Shown here: piece by piece, positions 1 to 9,524 of the stretch
Layout of the letters: the number at the start of each line of letters is the position of its first letter
Numbering within the stretch: the stretch's first letter is position 1
Source of the DNA: Vicinamibacterales bacterium
Lineage (GTDB): Bacteria > Acidobacteriota > Vicinamibacteria > Vicinamibacterales > 2-12-FULL-66-21
DNA: 64,000 nt
Direction of reading: 5' to 3'
Assembly (NCBI GenBank): GCA_040881785.1
Contig: JBBECO010000221.1
Coordinates: 1,865-65,864 of the forward strand
Notes under the pieces: generated by a model
Told to the model about the DNA's origin: nothing
Database searches by the model: none
Seen by the model: only the letters and a program-made list of their open reading frames with translations
Position numbers and translations under genes: made by a program

Positions 1-313
1 ACGGCGGGATCGGCCCCGACAGCTACGTCCGGTGACCGCCTACCCATCGTGGGCGTTGGCGCCTCGGCCGCCCTTGTCGTTCATCCCCTGCGAGGCCGGC
101 GAAGACAAGGCTCAGCTTTGTCGTCGGCGAGCACCTCGATCGGACGCACGAACACCTGATGCCGGAATTGCTGGCCAGGTCCAGGACGCCGGAGGTCCAT
201 CACGCGCAGGATCGGCAAGCGTGCGCGGATCGATCGACCGTTTCTTTCGGTCACTGACTGACGATCAGCGCGGCATCTGGCGTCACACAATCTGGAACCG
301 GCACTGAAGACCC

Positions 314-607
314 ATGAGCACACCGGCCGGCAAGATCTATGCGAGTGAGGCCGTATCGCAGCAGATCCTCGCCGGTCTCCAGCGCGGTACGGCGGTACCG
401 GAAGGTCCGATCGGGGGCCTCACCGATCGCGAGATCCAGGTCTTCGAATTGGTCGGGCGTGGCTTGAGTACCGCTGGCATTGCCGACCGGTTGGGTGTCA
501 GCGTCAAGACCATCGAGACCTACCGGTCCAACATCAAGACGAAGCTGAACCTCAGAGATGCCGCCGCACTCGTGCGCTACGCAACAAGCTGGATTGAGCG
601 GCTCTGA
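314..607 (+). CDS. LuxR/FixJ-type HTH DNA-binding protein, stand-alone effector domain with no receiver domain
   Basis: 97-aa ORF. LTDREIQVFELVGRGLSTAGIADRLGVSVKTIETYRSNIKTKL is the canonical LuxR_C/GerE helix-turn-helix. An in-frame TGA lies at 305-307 and no receiver-like sequence is seen in 1-313. Confidence 0.7.
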   Translation: MSTPAGKIYASEAVSQQILAGLQRGTAVPEGPIGGLTDREIQVFELVGRGLSTAGIADRLGVSVKTIETYRSNIKTKLNLRDAAALVRYATSWIERL

Positions 608-1080
608 CGGCGGTCGGGAGTCCGGCGTCCGGCGTCATGATGAAACCTGTGGCTTCTTCGTTTGCGCCTTCGGCCTCGGGCTCGGCGTGAATGGGAGCGC
701 GCGTACAGCGTTCTCCACCTGCGTTGGCCAGCGATTCGTGATCCGCGCCACCCAGCTGAATCGGCGCGCCGCACGTCACCCGGACATGTCCCGGTCGCGC
801 GATATGCCACGTGCGATGGAGCACCCGGTCCACGCCCTTGAGACGCACCGGACTTGCAGCGCCGTGAGCGCCTTGGTCGGACCTGCGCCCACGACGCCAA
901 TGTACGCGTCATGTGGAAAATGGGTCCTGGAGGATAACGGTTCCGACGAGCCTGCCTTCATCGATCACGGGCCAGATTCAAGAGTTCCCGTTCCGGCAGT
1001 GGGGCTTCGGCAACAGCCGTCGCGGCGAGGCGGTCCTCGACTGTGGCGTCATGATTCTCTTTGACGTTCACGTGCGCTCT

Positions 1081-1191
1081 TCACGCCGCGCTCTTGGCGG
1101 TCTTTGCCGGCTCCTGAATTTCGACCTTCCTCATTTTGGCTTCAGCTCGTGCCGGCATGGGTAAGCTCGCCTCCAGGACGCCGTCGGAGAA
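1081..1191 (-). pseudogene. Hsp20/alpha-crystallin C-terminal remnant (36 codons)
   Basis: Minus-strand translation FSDGVLEASLPMPARAEAKMRKVEIQEPAKTAKSAA* resembles the (F)xDGVLxxxLPK...IxI end of small heat-shock proteins. No start codon or upstream domain is present. Confidence 0.3.
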
Positions 1192-1223
1192 TGTTGGACT
1201 CCTCCTTGCGTGAATCGAGTCGG

Positions 1224-1925
1224 TCAGTTCTCGATGCTGCGGGGGCTCACTGTCCCGCCGCGCAGGTAGCGCGCGAACCAGCCGGCAGCCAGCTCACATA
1301 CCCGCTCGAGCGTGCCAGGCTCCTCGAAGAGATGCGTGGCACCCGGGACGATCTCGAGATCGACCTGACCATGCATCTGCCGCATCGCGTCACGATTGAG
1401 CTCGATGACCGGCTCGTCGTGACCACCGACAATCAACAGCGTCGGTGCCGTCACGCGGCCAAGCGCCTCGCCAGCGAGATCTGGACGACCTCCGCGCGAC
1501 ACCACCGCTGCGATGGTGGCCGGCCGCTCGGCCGCCGCAATCAACGCTGCCGCCGCGCCGGTGCTTGCGCCGAAGCATCCGATCGGAAGGGCTCCGATAT
1601 CGGTGCGGGTCGCGGTCCAGTCGGCGGCCGCGCTCACGCGAGGGCCAAGGCGTGCCATATCGAAGCGGTACTCCGCTGTGTCCACGTCGATGGCTTCTTC
1701 CTGCGACGTCAGCAGATCGAGCAGCAACGTCGCGAAGCCCCGCTCGCCCAGAAAATCGGCGACCTGGCGGTTCCTCGTGCTGAAACGGCTGCTGCCGCTG
1801 CCGTGCGCAAAGATCACCAAGCCCTGTGCGCTGGCAGGCACGCGAAGGTCTCCCTTCAGCGTGATGGCGCCAACGGGGACCTCCACTGCTTCTATCGTGG
1901 CTGTTTTGCTCATGGCACTCCCCAC
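1224..1925 (-). CDS. dienelactone hydrolase family alpha/beta hydrolase
   Basis: 233-aa ORF with GLVIFAHGSGSSRFSTRNRQVA near the N-terminus, a CFGASTGAAAAL nucleophile-elbow region and GATHLFEEPG near the C-terminus. This type is often partnered with phosphoribosyltransferases. Confidence 0.8.
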   Translation of the reverse strand: MGSAMSKTATIEAVEVPVGAITLKGDLRVPASAQGLVIFAHGSGSSRFSTRNRQVADFLGERGFATLLLDLLTSQEEAIDVDTAEYRFDMARLGPRVSAAADWTATRTDIGALPIGCFGASTGAAAALIAAAERPATIAAVVSRGGRPDLAGEALGRVTAPTLLIVGGHDEPVIELNRDAMRQMHGQVDLEIVPGATHLFEEPGTLERVCELAAGWFARYLRGGTVSPRSIEN

Positions 1926-2022
1926 GGAGTCGTGTGCGCTCGGGACCGATTCGAGATCGGCGTTTCAGCCGTTGCGTGGCTTACGCTCGTGCGAGAAGCC
2001 GCGAGTCACGCAGCAGAAGCTC

Positions 2023-2673
2023 TCACGGCACGACAGCGAGACGATCTTCGACCTGCGACACCCCCGGCGCAGCCCACGCCGCTTGCTCGGCTTCCTGCCG
2101 CTCAGCCCACGAATGGACGTTGCCGCTGAGAATGACTTTGCCGTCCTGCGCCGTCACATTGATTCGACGCGCGTCGATTTCCGCACTCCGTTTGAAGGCC
2201 GCTTCGATCTTGTCCCGGACATCGATCGTCTTGACGCGCGACTGAACCCGGATATCGTTCGTAACGCCTTTTACACCTGTCAAGTCGCGCACAGCTCCCG
2301 CCGCTGCGTCCTTCTGGTACTGCCAGTCGAGTGTGCCCGCGAGCGCGATCCACCCGTCGTTCACGGTGATGGTGACCCGATCATCTGGCACTGCGGTGTG
2401 CCATTTCAGCGCGTTGACCGCAGCTTGGGCGATCTCCGTGTCCGTTCTCTGATAATCGCTCACCAACCGGACGACCAAGTCGTTCGCAATGGCCTTGGCG
2501 CCATACACCCGCAATGCCACCCGTTCCGCGGCGATCTTTTCCCTGTACGAGGCGACGTTGCCCCGAAGCGTCACCACACCGTCAGCCACCGACACCCCGA
2601 TATCCGTGTCATCAATACCGGGCTCATAGTCGAGCGCATTCTGCACATGTTGTTTCACGTCTTTGTCCGTCAT
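2023..2673 (-). CDS. BON domain-containing protein (three BON repeats, OsmY-like)
   Basis: ATG at 2673 is preceded by AGGAG. Repeated ...DIGVSVADGVVTLRGNV... and ...VTAQDGKVILSGNVHSW... BON motifs are present. The longer ORF start at 2715 is less likely. Confidence 0.85.
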   Translation of the reverse strand: MTDKDVKQHVQNALDYEPGIDDTDIGVSVADGVVTLRGNVASYREKIAAERVALRVYGAKAIANDLVVRLVSDYQRTDTEIAQAAVNALKWHTAVPDDRVTITVNDGWIALAGTLDWQYQKDAAAGAVRDLTGVKGVTNDIRVQSRVKTIDVRDKIEAAFKRSAEIDARRINVTAQDGKVILSGNVHSWAERQEAEQAAWAAPGVSQVEDRLAVVP

Positions 2674-2714
2674 GATTGCTCCTGTATTCGCGGCCAGGAC
2701 GATTCGCCGGTGCA

Positions 2715-3170
2715 CTACGCGGCGCCGGCAACCGCTACCGGACGCCGATGCTCGCAGATACCCGTTAGCGTGGTCACGATCTCGTTCGCCGTCGCCGCGC
2801 CCGCATGTGTCACGACGTCGTTCAGCGACAGAATGCCTTTGAGTCGGCCCTCGGCATCCACGACGGGCAGACGACGGACCTTCTGCGCCTTCATCGTCTC
2901 CAGCGCCGCGACCACGTCATCGTCAGGCAAGCACGTGTACGCCTTTCCCGCAGTCACATCTCCCGCGGCGATTCGATCAGCCGTGCGTCCTCTGGTCGCC
3001 AGGGCGATACAGATGTCACGATCAGTCACCATGCCGGCGACCTTGCGCTCAGCGCTGACGACCGGCAGAGCGCCACAGTCGTGCTCCCACATCAGCTTCA
3101 CGGCTTCGGCGAGGCTCGTCTCCGGCCGACAGGACTTCACGTCGGTGGTCATAATGTCTCGGACTTTCAT
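2715..3170 (-). CDS. CBS domain pair protein
   Basis: MKVRDIMTTDVKSCRPETSLAEAVKLMWEHDCGALPVV...GMVTDRDI and ...VRRLPVVDAEGRLKGILSLNDV form two CBS motifs. AAGGAG lies upstream of the ATG at 3170; an alternative GTG is at 3176. Confidence 0.85.
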   Translation of the reverse strand: MKVRDIMTTDVKSCRPETSLAEAVKLMWEHDCGALPVVSAERKVAGMVTDRDICIALATRGRTADRIAAGDVTAGKAYTCLPDDDVVAALETMKAQKVRRLPVVDAEGRLKGILSLNDVVTHAGAATANEIVTTLTGICEHRRPVAVAGAA

Positions 3171-3354
3171 GGACACATCTCCTTTCAGAGTGCCGTCAGG
3201 CTCGCGCGCGAGCCGTTGTCGTTACCCGTGCATCGTTGTCACTGATCGCCTGATGCAGTCGTTCGCATTCACTACGGATGGAATCCGTTCTTCTGATTCG
3301 ACGTCTCCTCGCGCCATAGTGACTCCTTTGCCTTCTCCATCTCCTGAACTCGTT

Positions 3355-3651
3355 TCACCCAACTTGCTTCATCGCAGGAACGGCTGCACGATTCAGGTGC
3401 GCCTTTGCTGTGCGAAGCCGTGGAAATGCGACCGGGCCTTCAGTCACACGTCCATACGTATCGGGGGCGGCCAGTTTGAGGAACCCGGTCTTCACGAGGA
3501 ACTCCAGGATCTGCGCGCAGGCCTCCTCATCGAGTCCCCACAGGCGCTGGGCTTGTTTGCGCGAGAGGCGCAGGCCAGGCATCTCGACATACTCGGCGCA
3601 GATGCGCTGGAGCACCTGTTCGCTCAGAACGTCTGGCAGGGCATTGCTCAT
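3355..3651 (-). CDS. small conserved protein, possibly winged-helix (EYxEMPGLxL...QxLWGLD motif); paralog at 27025-27240
   Basis: 98-aa ORF. Its ATG overlaps the stop of the upstream ORF (ATGA at 3648-3651). A clear paralog elsewhere in the window supports real coding. Confidence 0.55.
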   Translation of the reverse strand: MSNALPDVLSEQVLQRICAEYVEMPGLRLSRKQAQRLWGLDEEACAQILEFLVKTGFLKLAAPDTYGRVTEGPVAFPRLRTAKAHLNRAAVPAMKQVG

Positions 3652-3935
3652 GATGTGGACTCCTTTCGGTACGCCTCCAGCAACGTCTCAGGGCCGTCGT
3701 CGATATACCAAAGGTCGACGGCGGCTTTGATCGCAAACCCTCGCGCGAGTCGAATGGCTTCGTCTCGCACCGACACGTGGAGTTGCACGTCACCCGGAAC
3801 CTGGCGAACCGAATGCTTGCCCCCGGCTCCTGACACACGACTGACGATGACATCGCCGTCACGGGGCTTCGCCGCATCGGTGGCAATGGGTGAAGGCCCG
3901 CTCACGCGGGCGGTTCGGCAGGACTCGGTGGTCAT
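3648..3935 (-). CDS. hypothetical protein (95 aa), translationally coupled to 3355-3651
   Basis: ATG start with a 4-nt ATGA overlap onto the downstream gene. No recognisable motif. Confidence 0.4.
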   Translation of the reverse strand: MTTESCRTARVSGPSPIATDAAKPRDGDVIVSRVSGAGGKHSVRQVPGDVQLHVSVRDEAIRLARGFAIKAAVDLWYIDDGPETLLEAYRKESTS

Positions 3936-4013
3936 AGGAAGTGCCGTTCTGTGAAAGAGCCAGTATCGGCCGGTTGAACGGGAGCATCAATCGGGATCAC
4001 CCGTAAATTGTGA

Positions 4014-4229
4014 TCAGGGCAACTCCATGCCTCTGAAGCCGGAGCGAAGACGGACAGTCACAGTATCAAAGCTGCTCGCAGCGCCATCCGTCCTGACATC
4101 GCCGCGCGAGTAGCGGTTGCGCAGGTTCCACAGCATCCATCCGTTGGTGCCGATACTCTCGGCGGCTTCGATCTGCGCTCTCACTGCACCGCCCGTGAAC
4201 GACCGCCCTCCAAAGGCGTAGTCGGGAAA
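4014..4229 (-). pseudogene. C-terminal remnant resembling the end of DUF4015-type putative glycoside hydrolases
   Basis: The minus-strand frame reads FPDYAFGGRSFTGGAVRAQIEAAESIGTNGWMLWNLRNRYSRGD...*. There is no start codon and no upstream domain. The family assignment is from memory of the GxxGWxLWN..N.Y tail. Confidence 0.3.
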
Positions 4230-4372
4230 CTACCGACAGTGACGGTGGCATCGGCAACGGGTTCGTGGGTCCGGGCGTCGATGACCACCCCGACCAGCTG
4301 GCTTGACGGCGGGCGCAGCCCGATCGTGGCTGCGGCCATCACGACCCCGATCACCAGAATGCCTCGAATCAT
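4181..4372 (-). pseudogene. signal-anchor plus start of a carboxypeptidase-regulatory-like domain, truncated after about 60 aa
   Basis: MIRGILVIGVVMAAATIGL... then LVGVVIDARTHEPVADATVTV, the typical opening of a CarboxypepD_reg domain, then a stop. Its ATG overlaps the stop of 4369-4938. Confidence 0.3.
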
Positions 4373-4938
4373 GGCGATTCCGAAGGCAGCAGCGCGGCGA
4401 AGTGCCGGCCCGATGCGGCATCCGTGACCAGGGACCGAGGCAGGGCCATGATCGGATCATTGGTGGTCGCGACCCGGCGATCCAGCGTCACCCCGGCAAC
4501 GTAGCCGGCGGCGACGCCTATCTGGAGGAGCTCCTCGTGAACGCCGAACTCGCGCACGAGCGGCAGCATGTCGGTGAACACCGAGCGATGTCCATCGTCC
4601 GCAGTCAGGACGACCGAGCGTGCAGGCGGAGCAGGTCCGAGGTGCAGCCGCCACGCGATCCACGCGCGCAGCGGTATGACCCGGTGGCCGTGTTCCCTCA
4701 AGTACTCGAGCTGCGACCGGAGCGTACTGGTACGGACGGTCATCGAGTCGGCGACCACGGGACCGAAACGGTGGTACACGAGAATCGTCGCTCGCACCTC
4801 GGGCGCCCGGGCCCCACCGATGGGTGCCGGGTACGCAAGGGATGTCCCGTCTCGGCCAGCATCTGGCGGCAGCGCACACAGCAAGAGGCCTGCGACAGCG
4901 GACAGGCACCCGATGCGGAAATAAGCGCGTTCGAGCAT
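4369..4938 (-). CDS. polysaccharide deacetylase (NodB-homology) family protein, short or possibly truncated
   Basis: N-terminal hydrophobic leader, ILVYHRFG and VVLTADDGHRSVFTDMLPLVREFGV (NodB motif 1 region). At 189 aa the second half of a normal NodB domain is not evident. Confidence 0.5.
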   Translation of the reverse strand: MLERAYFRIGCLSAVAGLLLCALPPDAGRDGTSLAYPAPIGGARAPEVRATILVYHRFGPVVADSMTVRTSTLRSQLEYLREHGHRVIPLRAWIAWRLHLGPAPPARSVVLTADDGHRSVFTDMLPLVREFGVHEELLQIGVAAGYVAGVTLDRRVATTNDPIMALPRSLVTDAASGRHFAALLPSESP

Positions 4939-5231
4939 CTTCTCTCGAACGGACGCGCATGCAAGACGAATACCTCACCGATGTCCGGTCAGAACGGGCA
5001 GTCTGGCGACGTCTGGTTGAGGTGCGGAGTTGTGCGCCAGCGCTGCTGAGTAGTTCGCGACGGTCTCGCACTGGTCGTTTGTGACCAGTCACGATGTCCC
5101 GCTCCGATGGTGGGCGTCCAATGGGGCAGCGAACGCGGCTGTTGGTCCGTCCTATGCTTTGCCCTGGTTGCAGAGCCGCGGTGCAGGCAGCACGACACCG
5201 CGACGGCTTCCACTAGTCACCGACCGACTAT

Positions 5232-5699
5232 ATGGCGTTCACCCTCACGAGCTCCGCATTTCAGGACGGCGAGACGATTCCGCGCCAGTTTACGTGCGAC
5301 GGCATCGACCTCGCGCCCCCGCTGGCATGGTCGGACGCGCCGGAAGGCACGCGCAGCTTCGCCCTCATCATGGAAGATCCCGACGCGCCACACGGGACCT
5401 TCACGCACTGGCTGCTGTACGACATTCCCGCGACGACGACCGAGTTGCGAGAACAGGCGGACGGTACTGCCCTACCGAACAGCTTCGGCCGGGCCGCGTA
5501 CGGGGGGCCCTGCCCGCCGGCTGGCCATGGGCCGCATCGATATGTCTTCACGCTCTATGCGATTGACGTGCCCGCCCTCGAGACGCACGACAGCACTCGG
5601 GCGTCGTTCGACCGCGCGCTCCGCGCGCACACGCTGGCCACCGCACGTCTGACAGGCCGCTACGAACGAGAGAGGAAGAGAAAGGCACACCCAACGTGA
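5232..5699 (+). CDS. YbhB/YbcL family Raf-kinase-inhibitor-like (PEBP) protein
   Basis: 155 aa containing FTCDG...[25 protein letters not shown]...[21 protein letters not shown]-type motifs. Confidence 0.9.
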   Translation: [155 protein letters not shown]

Positions 5700-5980
5700 T
5701 GAAGGCAATCACTCGCTTCTCGTCTGGTGCCTCCGATCTGGGCACGGCTCTTGGCGAGGTCCTCAGCGTCCCGCGACACGACACGGACCTGCCGTACATC
5801 GTTGTGGTCAACGCGGCCTCGGCTTCATTGGTCCTCTTCGTCGAGAGCGCGATAGGTCGAATCGCGCTATCGGTGAGCGTTGGGAAATTCTCGACGGTTG
5901 TCCGCGAAAGATTCCCAACTCAGCCTCGAAGCCGAGTCTCCACGGGATGACGGCTCTGGTTGCTGGCGCCTGAGCCGTCC

Positions 5981-6613
5981 TCATGCCGCGCGGGCGGCGC
6001 GCGACAGAGCCGTGACGACCATGTCGTCGGTGACTTCAGAGAAGTCGTCAAAGAACTGTCCGACGGCGTGGAAGTCAGCCGGCGCAGATAGACAAACCAC
6101 CTCATCTGCTTCTGCCTCGATCTGCGCCAGCGACTGAGCGGGTGCGACCCCGATGGCCACGATGAGCTTCAGCGGCTTGCGTGCGCGTACCGACCGAATC
6201 GCCGCGAGCATCGACGATCCGGTGGCGATCCCGTCATCGACTATCACAACGATGCGGCCCGTCGGATCGATGGCCTTCTGAGCGCGCGTGTACATCTCCC
6301 GGCGCGCGCGGATGACGCCTTGCTGCGCCCGGACTTCGTCGCGCATGTACTCCTCGTCGGCCACGTCGAAGTAGCGGCCCTTCAGGACGGTCCCGGCTTC
6401 GTCCACGGCGCCAATCGCCAGCTCGGGTTGCCCTGGTGCCCGCAACTTCCGTACGAGCACGACGTCGAGCTCGCCCTCGAGCGCGTCCGCGATGGTCCGA
6501 GCCATGGGCACCGCGCCGCGGGGCACACCCAGGATGAGGGGCTTCTGGCCCTTGTACGCAGCCAACCGTCCGGCCAGTTGCTTCGCCGCGTCGTCGCGAT
6601 TCTTGAAACGCAT
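5981..6613 (-). CDS. phosphoribosyltransferase family protein
   Basis: MRFKNRDDAAKQLAGRL...ILGVPRGAVPMA...IVVIVDDGIATGSSMLAA (PRPP-binding loop). ATG at 6613. Confidence 0.85.
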   Translation of the reverse strand: MRFKNRDDAAKQLAGRLAAYKGQKPLILGVPRGAVPMARTIADALEGELDVVLVRKLRAPGQPELAIGAVDEAGTVLKGRYFDVADEEYMRDEVRAQQGVIRARREMYTRAQKAIDPTGRIVVIVDDGIATGSSMLAAIRSVRARKPLKLIVAIGVAPAQSLAQIEAEADEVVCLSAPADFHAVGQFFDDFSEVTDDMVVTALSRAARAA

Positions 6614-6853
6614 CACATCGACTCCAGGCTCTGCACGCGAACTATGTTGGTTCACTCACAAGATGGCAATTGGCATACCAGATACTTGGATGTGAATACT
6701 CCCTGACTCTTGCGGATTCGATCACGTCGGCGGCAACGTCTGAAAAGTTCGCAGCGTTTCGGCAGAATTCCCCAGCGCGAACGTCGCGCGCGTCTTCCCG
6801 GTTCGCGCCGATTCCCTCGACTGCTGGTACCGCCCTTGCCTTTCTGGCTCCGT

Positions 6854-7519
6854 ATGCTGGCCGCAGCCGTCGCGGTGATCCTGTCAGCGGCCCTCGGCGC
6901 CGCGACTGAGCCGCGTTCGACGTCTCCGCGCCTGCGCGAGGGTCGCCCCCCGGCGCAGATTCCCCAGGCGTTCGGCGGTGGTGAAGTCGTGCTCGAGTTG
7001 ACCGTCGATTCGCGCGGAGGCGTCTCGCGGATCGAGCGTATTCGCGTGACACCGCCCTATGCGGATCTCGTGGTCAACGCGGCGGCCCAGTGGCGATTCG
7101 AGCCCGCAACCGTCGCGATTGAGGGACGCGCAACGTCTGTTGCCGCGTCAGTCCTCGTGGTCGCGATCTTCCGGCCAGCCTCGCTCTACGCGGGGCCGGC
7201 GCCTGGCGTTCCGCCTCAAGTCCTCGGAGCGCCATCAGCGCGCGTCCCCCGTGTGGAGTCGATCGTCATGCCTGCGTATCCACCGACGGCCACCGGAGAC
7301 GGGATCGTTCTGGTCGAGATCGAAATGAGTGGCCACGCGGAACCACGCAGCTATCGCATCGTCGGCCCGGCATCAGGCTTCGACACGGCGGCGCTCGATG
7401 CAGTGCGCTCTTGGCGATTCGGAGCGCCGCAAACCCCTGACGTCCCTGACCGGCTCTTCGCGTACGCGGTGGTCGGCTTCCGCACTCCACTCGCACCCGG
7501 CACGCGACGGCGACAGTGA
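6854..7519 (+). CDS. exported protein with two TonB-C-like domains
   Basis: Signal-like MLAAAVAVILSAALGAA. Two repeats resemble TonB C-terminal modules (GGEVVLELTVDSRGGVSRIERI... and DGIVLVEIEMSGHAEPRSYRIV...AALDAVRSWRF). Confidence 0.45.
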   Translation: MLAAAVAVILSAALGAATEPRSTSPRLREGRPPAQIPQAFGGGEVVLELTVDSRGGVSRIERIRVTPPYADLVVNAAAQWRFEPATVAIEGRATSVAASVLVVAIFRPASLYAGPAPGVPPQVLGAPSARVPRVESIVMPAYPPTATGDGIVLVEIEMSGHAEPRSYRIVGPASGFDTAALDAVRSWRFGAPQTPDVPDRLFAYAVVGFRTPLAPGTRRRQ

Positions 7520-7546
7520 TTGCAGAGAGAAACCAGAGGTATCGAT

Positions 7547-8248
7547 ATGACAACCGCAGCCTTGACCGGCGCCGACGTGCGACTCAGGGACACTGTGATC
7601 CACGAGCTCGACTGGGATTCCGAAGTGGACGACAGCGCAATTGGCGTCACCGCCAAGGACGGCGTCGTCACGCTGACCGGCTTCATCGACAGCTACGCCG
7701 GCAAACTGGCCGCGGAACGGGTCGTCAAGCGGGTGCGCGGCGTGCGCGCCGTCGCCAACGACATCATCGTCCGGTTGAAAGCGGACGTGACAGATTCAGA
7801 CATCGCGGCCGCAGCGGCTGTGGCGCTGAAGTTCAGGCCAGGCATTCCACCCAATGTTCAGGCCACCGTCCACGACGGCCATGTCACCCTCACAGGACAC
7901 GTCGAATGGCTGCATCAGACGGAGCAGGCAGAAGTGGCCGTGCGACACATTGGCGGCGTCCGCGGCGTCGTGAATCACATCGAGGTTGCGACAAGGACCG
8001 TGCAACGCGACGTCAGGCGCCGGATCGTCCAGTCCCTGCACCGCAACGCCGACCTCGATGCGCGTCACGTCGAAGTGGCGGTGACGGACGACATCGTGAC
8101 CCTGACCGGGACGGTCGGCTCCTGGTCGCAACGTGAGGCCGCGGAGCGCGGTGCCGGCAGCGCGCCGGGGATTCGGCAGGTGGACAACCAGATTCGTGTC
8201 GTGCCGCAAGAACCACACGAGTTCGAGCCACCAGACGAGGTCTGTTGA
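7547..8248 (+). CDS. BON domain-containing protein (three BON repeats)
   Basis: AIGVTAKDGVVTLTGFIDSY..., VHDGHVTLTGHVEW... and VTDDIVTLTGTVGSW... The ATG at 7547 lies inside the longer ORF 7520-8248. Confidence 0.85.
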   Translation: MTTAALTGADVRLRDTVIHELDWDSEVDDSAIGVTAKDGVVTLTGFIDSYAGKLAAERVVKRVRGVRAVANDIIVRLKADVTDSDIAAAAAVALKFRPGIPPNVQATVHDGHVTLTGHVEWLHQTEQAEVAVRHIGGVRGVVNHIEVATRTVQRDVRRRIVQSLHRNADLDARHVEVAVTDDIVTLTGTVGSWSQREAAERGAGSAPGIRQVDNQIRVVPQEPHEFEPPDEVC

Positions 8249-8513
8249 AGCACGAGCGCGAACGAGGAGTCGACGGAGATCGTCATGCGCATCACAGCGC
8301 GGCGGTCGTTTTTCTTGCTGAATTGAGCGGGTTCACCTCAGCGGGCAGAGTGCGGATTTCTTCGTGAGAGGAACGAATTTTTCCGTGTTTCTTGTTTCGC
8401 TGCTCGGCGTGCGTCGCGCTTTCGCGGGGACCGCCCGCCTGTGAGAGGCAGGAGCCGGCGGGCACAGCAATTGCCCTTTGTCTTCAAGCAGCGGCAAACG
8501 CAGCGAGAAGATC

Positions 8514-9524
8514 ATGGGCACCGCCCCTCCTGTGATGACACCCACGTCAGAGGCTCTGGCTGACGTGGCTTTCCGACATGTCGCCGCTTGCATCAACGGA
8601 TCGGCGATGAGCGAGCTGGTCGTGCCACACGCGCTCGCCATCGCCCGCGCATTCGGGGGGCGATTGACGATCGTTCGCGTCCTGGAATGCGTGACTGCGG
8701 GCGACGTACCGGCCGACCCGCTCGAGTGGGACATCCGGCGACGGGAAGCGCACGAACAGGTCGAGCGCCTTGTACGAGAAAGCAATGCCGATGTACCGAT
8801 AGCGGGAGATGTCGTCGAGGGCCGAGCCGCTGAGGAGATCTGTCTTTGGGCTGAACGCCACCAGGTCGATCTCATGGTCTTGTGCCGATGCGACGCCCCA
8901 GATAGGGAGGAGTGGCCGCTGGCGAGACCGCTTCTCGATCAGATGCCGGGATCGGTGCTCATCGTTCATGCACCGGTCGCCACGCAGACATCGGTCGGTC
9001 GGTATCGGCGCCTGCTTGTCCCCGTTGATGGTTCTTCCCGCGCTGAGAGCGCCGTCCCACTCGCGGCTCGCGTCGCCGCTAGCGTCGCCGCCGAACTACT
9101 CGTGGCACACGTAGTCCCTGGCCCCGGACTGACGGAGGTCGGCCCGCCCGACGCTGAGGATGTCGAGCTTCGCGAACGGATCGCGCAGCGTAATCTGCGT
9201 GTGGCGACGACGTACCTCGACGGCCTGAGAGCTCGATTCGCAACAACCGGGTCACCGCCTCGCACCATCGTCGTCCGAGATGGTGACGTGCGCACGAGCC
9301 TCGAACGCCTCGTGGAGGATGAAAGCGTCGACCTCGTCGTGTTGTCGTCGCATGGGCATTCTGGGCGTGCGGGTGTGCCCTACGGCAGCGTTACTGCGGA
9401 TTTGGTTCTCTACAGCTCGGTTCCGCTCCTGATCGTCCGACCACGCACGACGGGCACACACGCGCACCAGGTCATGGCGAAGGCGTCATTGGCCGGTCGC
9501 CTGCCGCACCAAGCCGTGTCATGA
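8514..9524 (+). CDS. universal stress protein, tandem UspA domains
   Basis: Two Usp halves: ...RLTIVRVLE...DLMVLC... and RRLLVPVDGSSRAESAV...VDLVVLSSHGHSGR...GSVT. The stop overlaps the next gene's ATG (ATGA at 9521-9524). The start is uncertain (8478, 8514 or 8535). Confidence 0.8.
   Translation: MGTAPPVMTPTSEALADVAFRHVAACINGSAMSELVVPHALAIARAFGGRLTIVRVLECVTAGDVPADPLEWDIRRREAHEQVERLVRESNADVPIAGDVVEGRAAEEICLWAERHQVDLMVLCRCDAPDREEWPLARPLLDQMPGSVLIVHAPVATQTSVGRYRRLLVPVDGSSRAESAVPLAARVAASVAAELLVAHVVPGPGLTEVGPPDAEDVELRERIAQRNLRVATTYLDGLRARFATTGSPPRTIVVRDGDVRTSLERLVEDESVDLVVLSSHGHSGRAGVPYGSVTADLVLYSSVPLLIVRPRTTGTHAHQVMAKASLAGRLPHQAVS

Noticed and set aside
32-307. Upstream ORF as the missing receiver domain of the LuxR-type protein
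   Set aside because: It is in the same frame but separated by a TGA. Its translation has no receiver-domain features (no DD..D..T..K pattern) and looks non-coding.
607-1080. Assigning named genes to minus-strand fragments here (acyltransferase-like RPGHVRVTCGAPIQL, CBS-like PVIDEGRLVGTVILQD, archease-like HFPHDAYIGVVG)
   Set aside because: Each match is only 12-25 residues, they lie in different frames and none has a start codon. That is suggestive of further remnants but too weak to list as features.
1513-3954. 813-aa plus-strand ORF spanning the DLH, BON and CBS region
   Set aside because: It runs antisense to four well-supported minus-strand genes, has low-complexity Arg/Ser/Ala/Pro-rich composition and contains no recognisable motif. 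It is a typical GC-rich shadow ORF.
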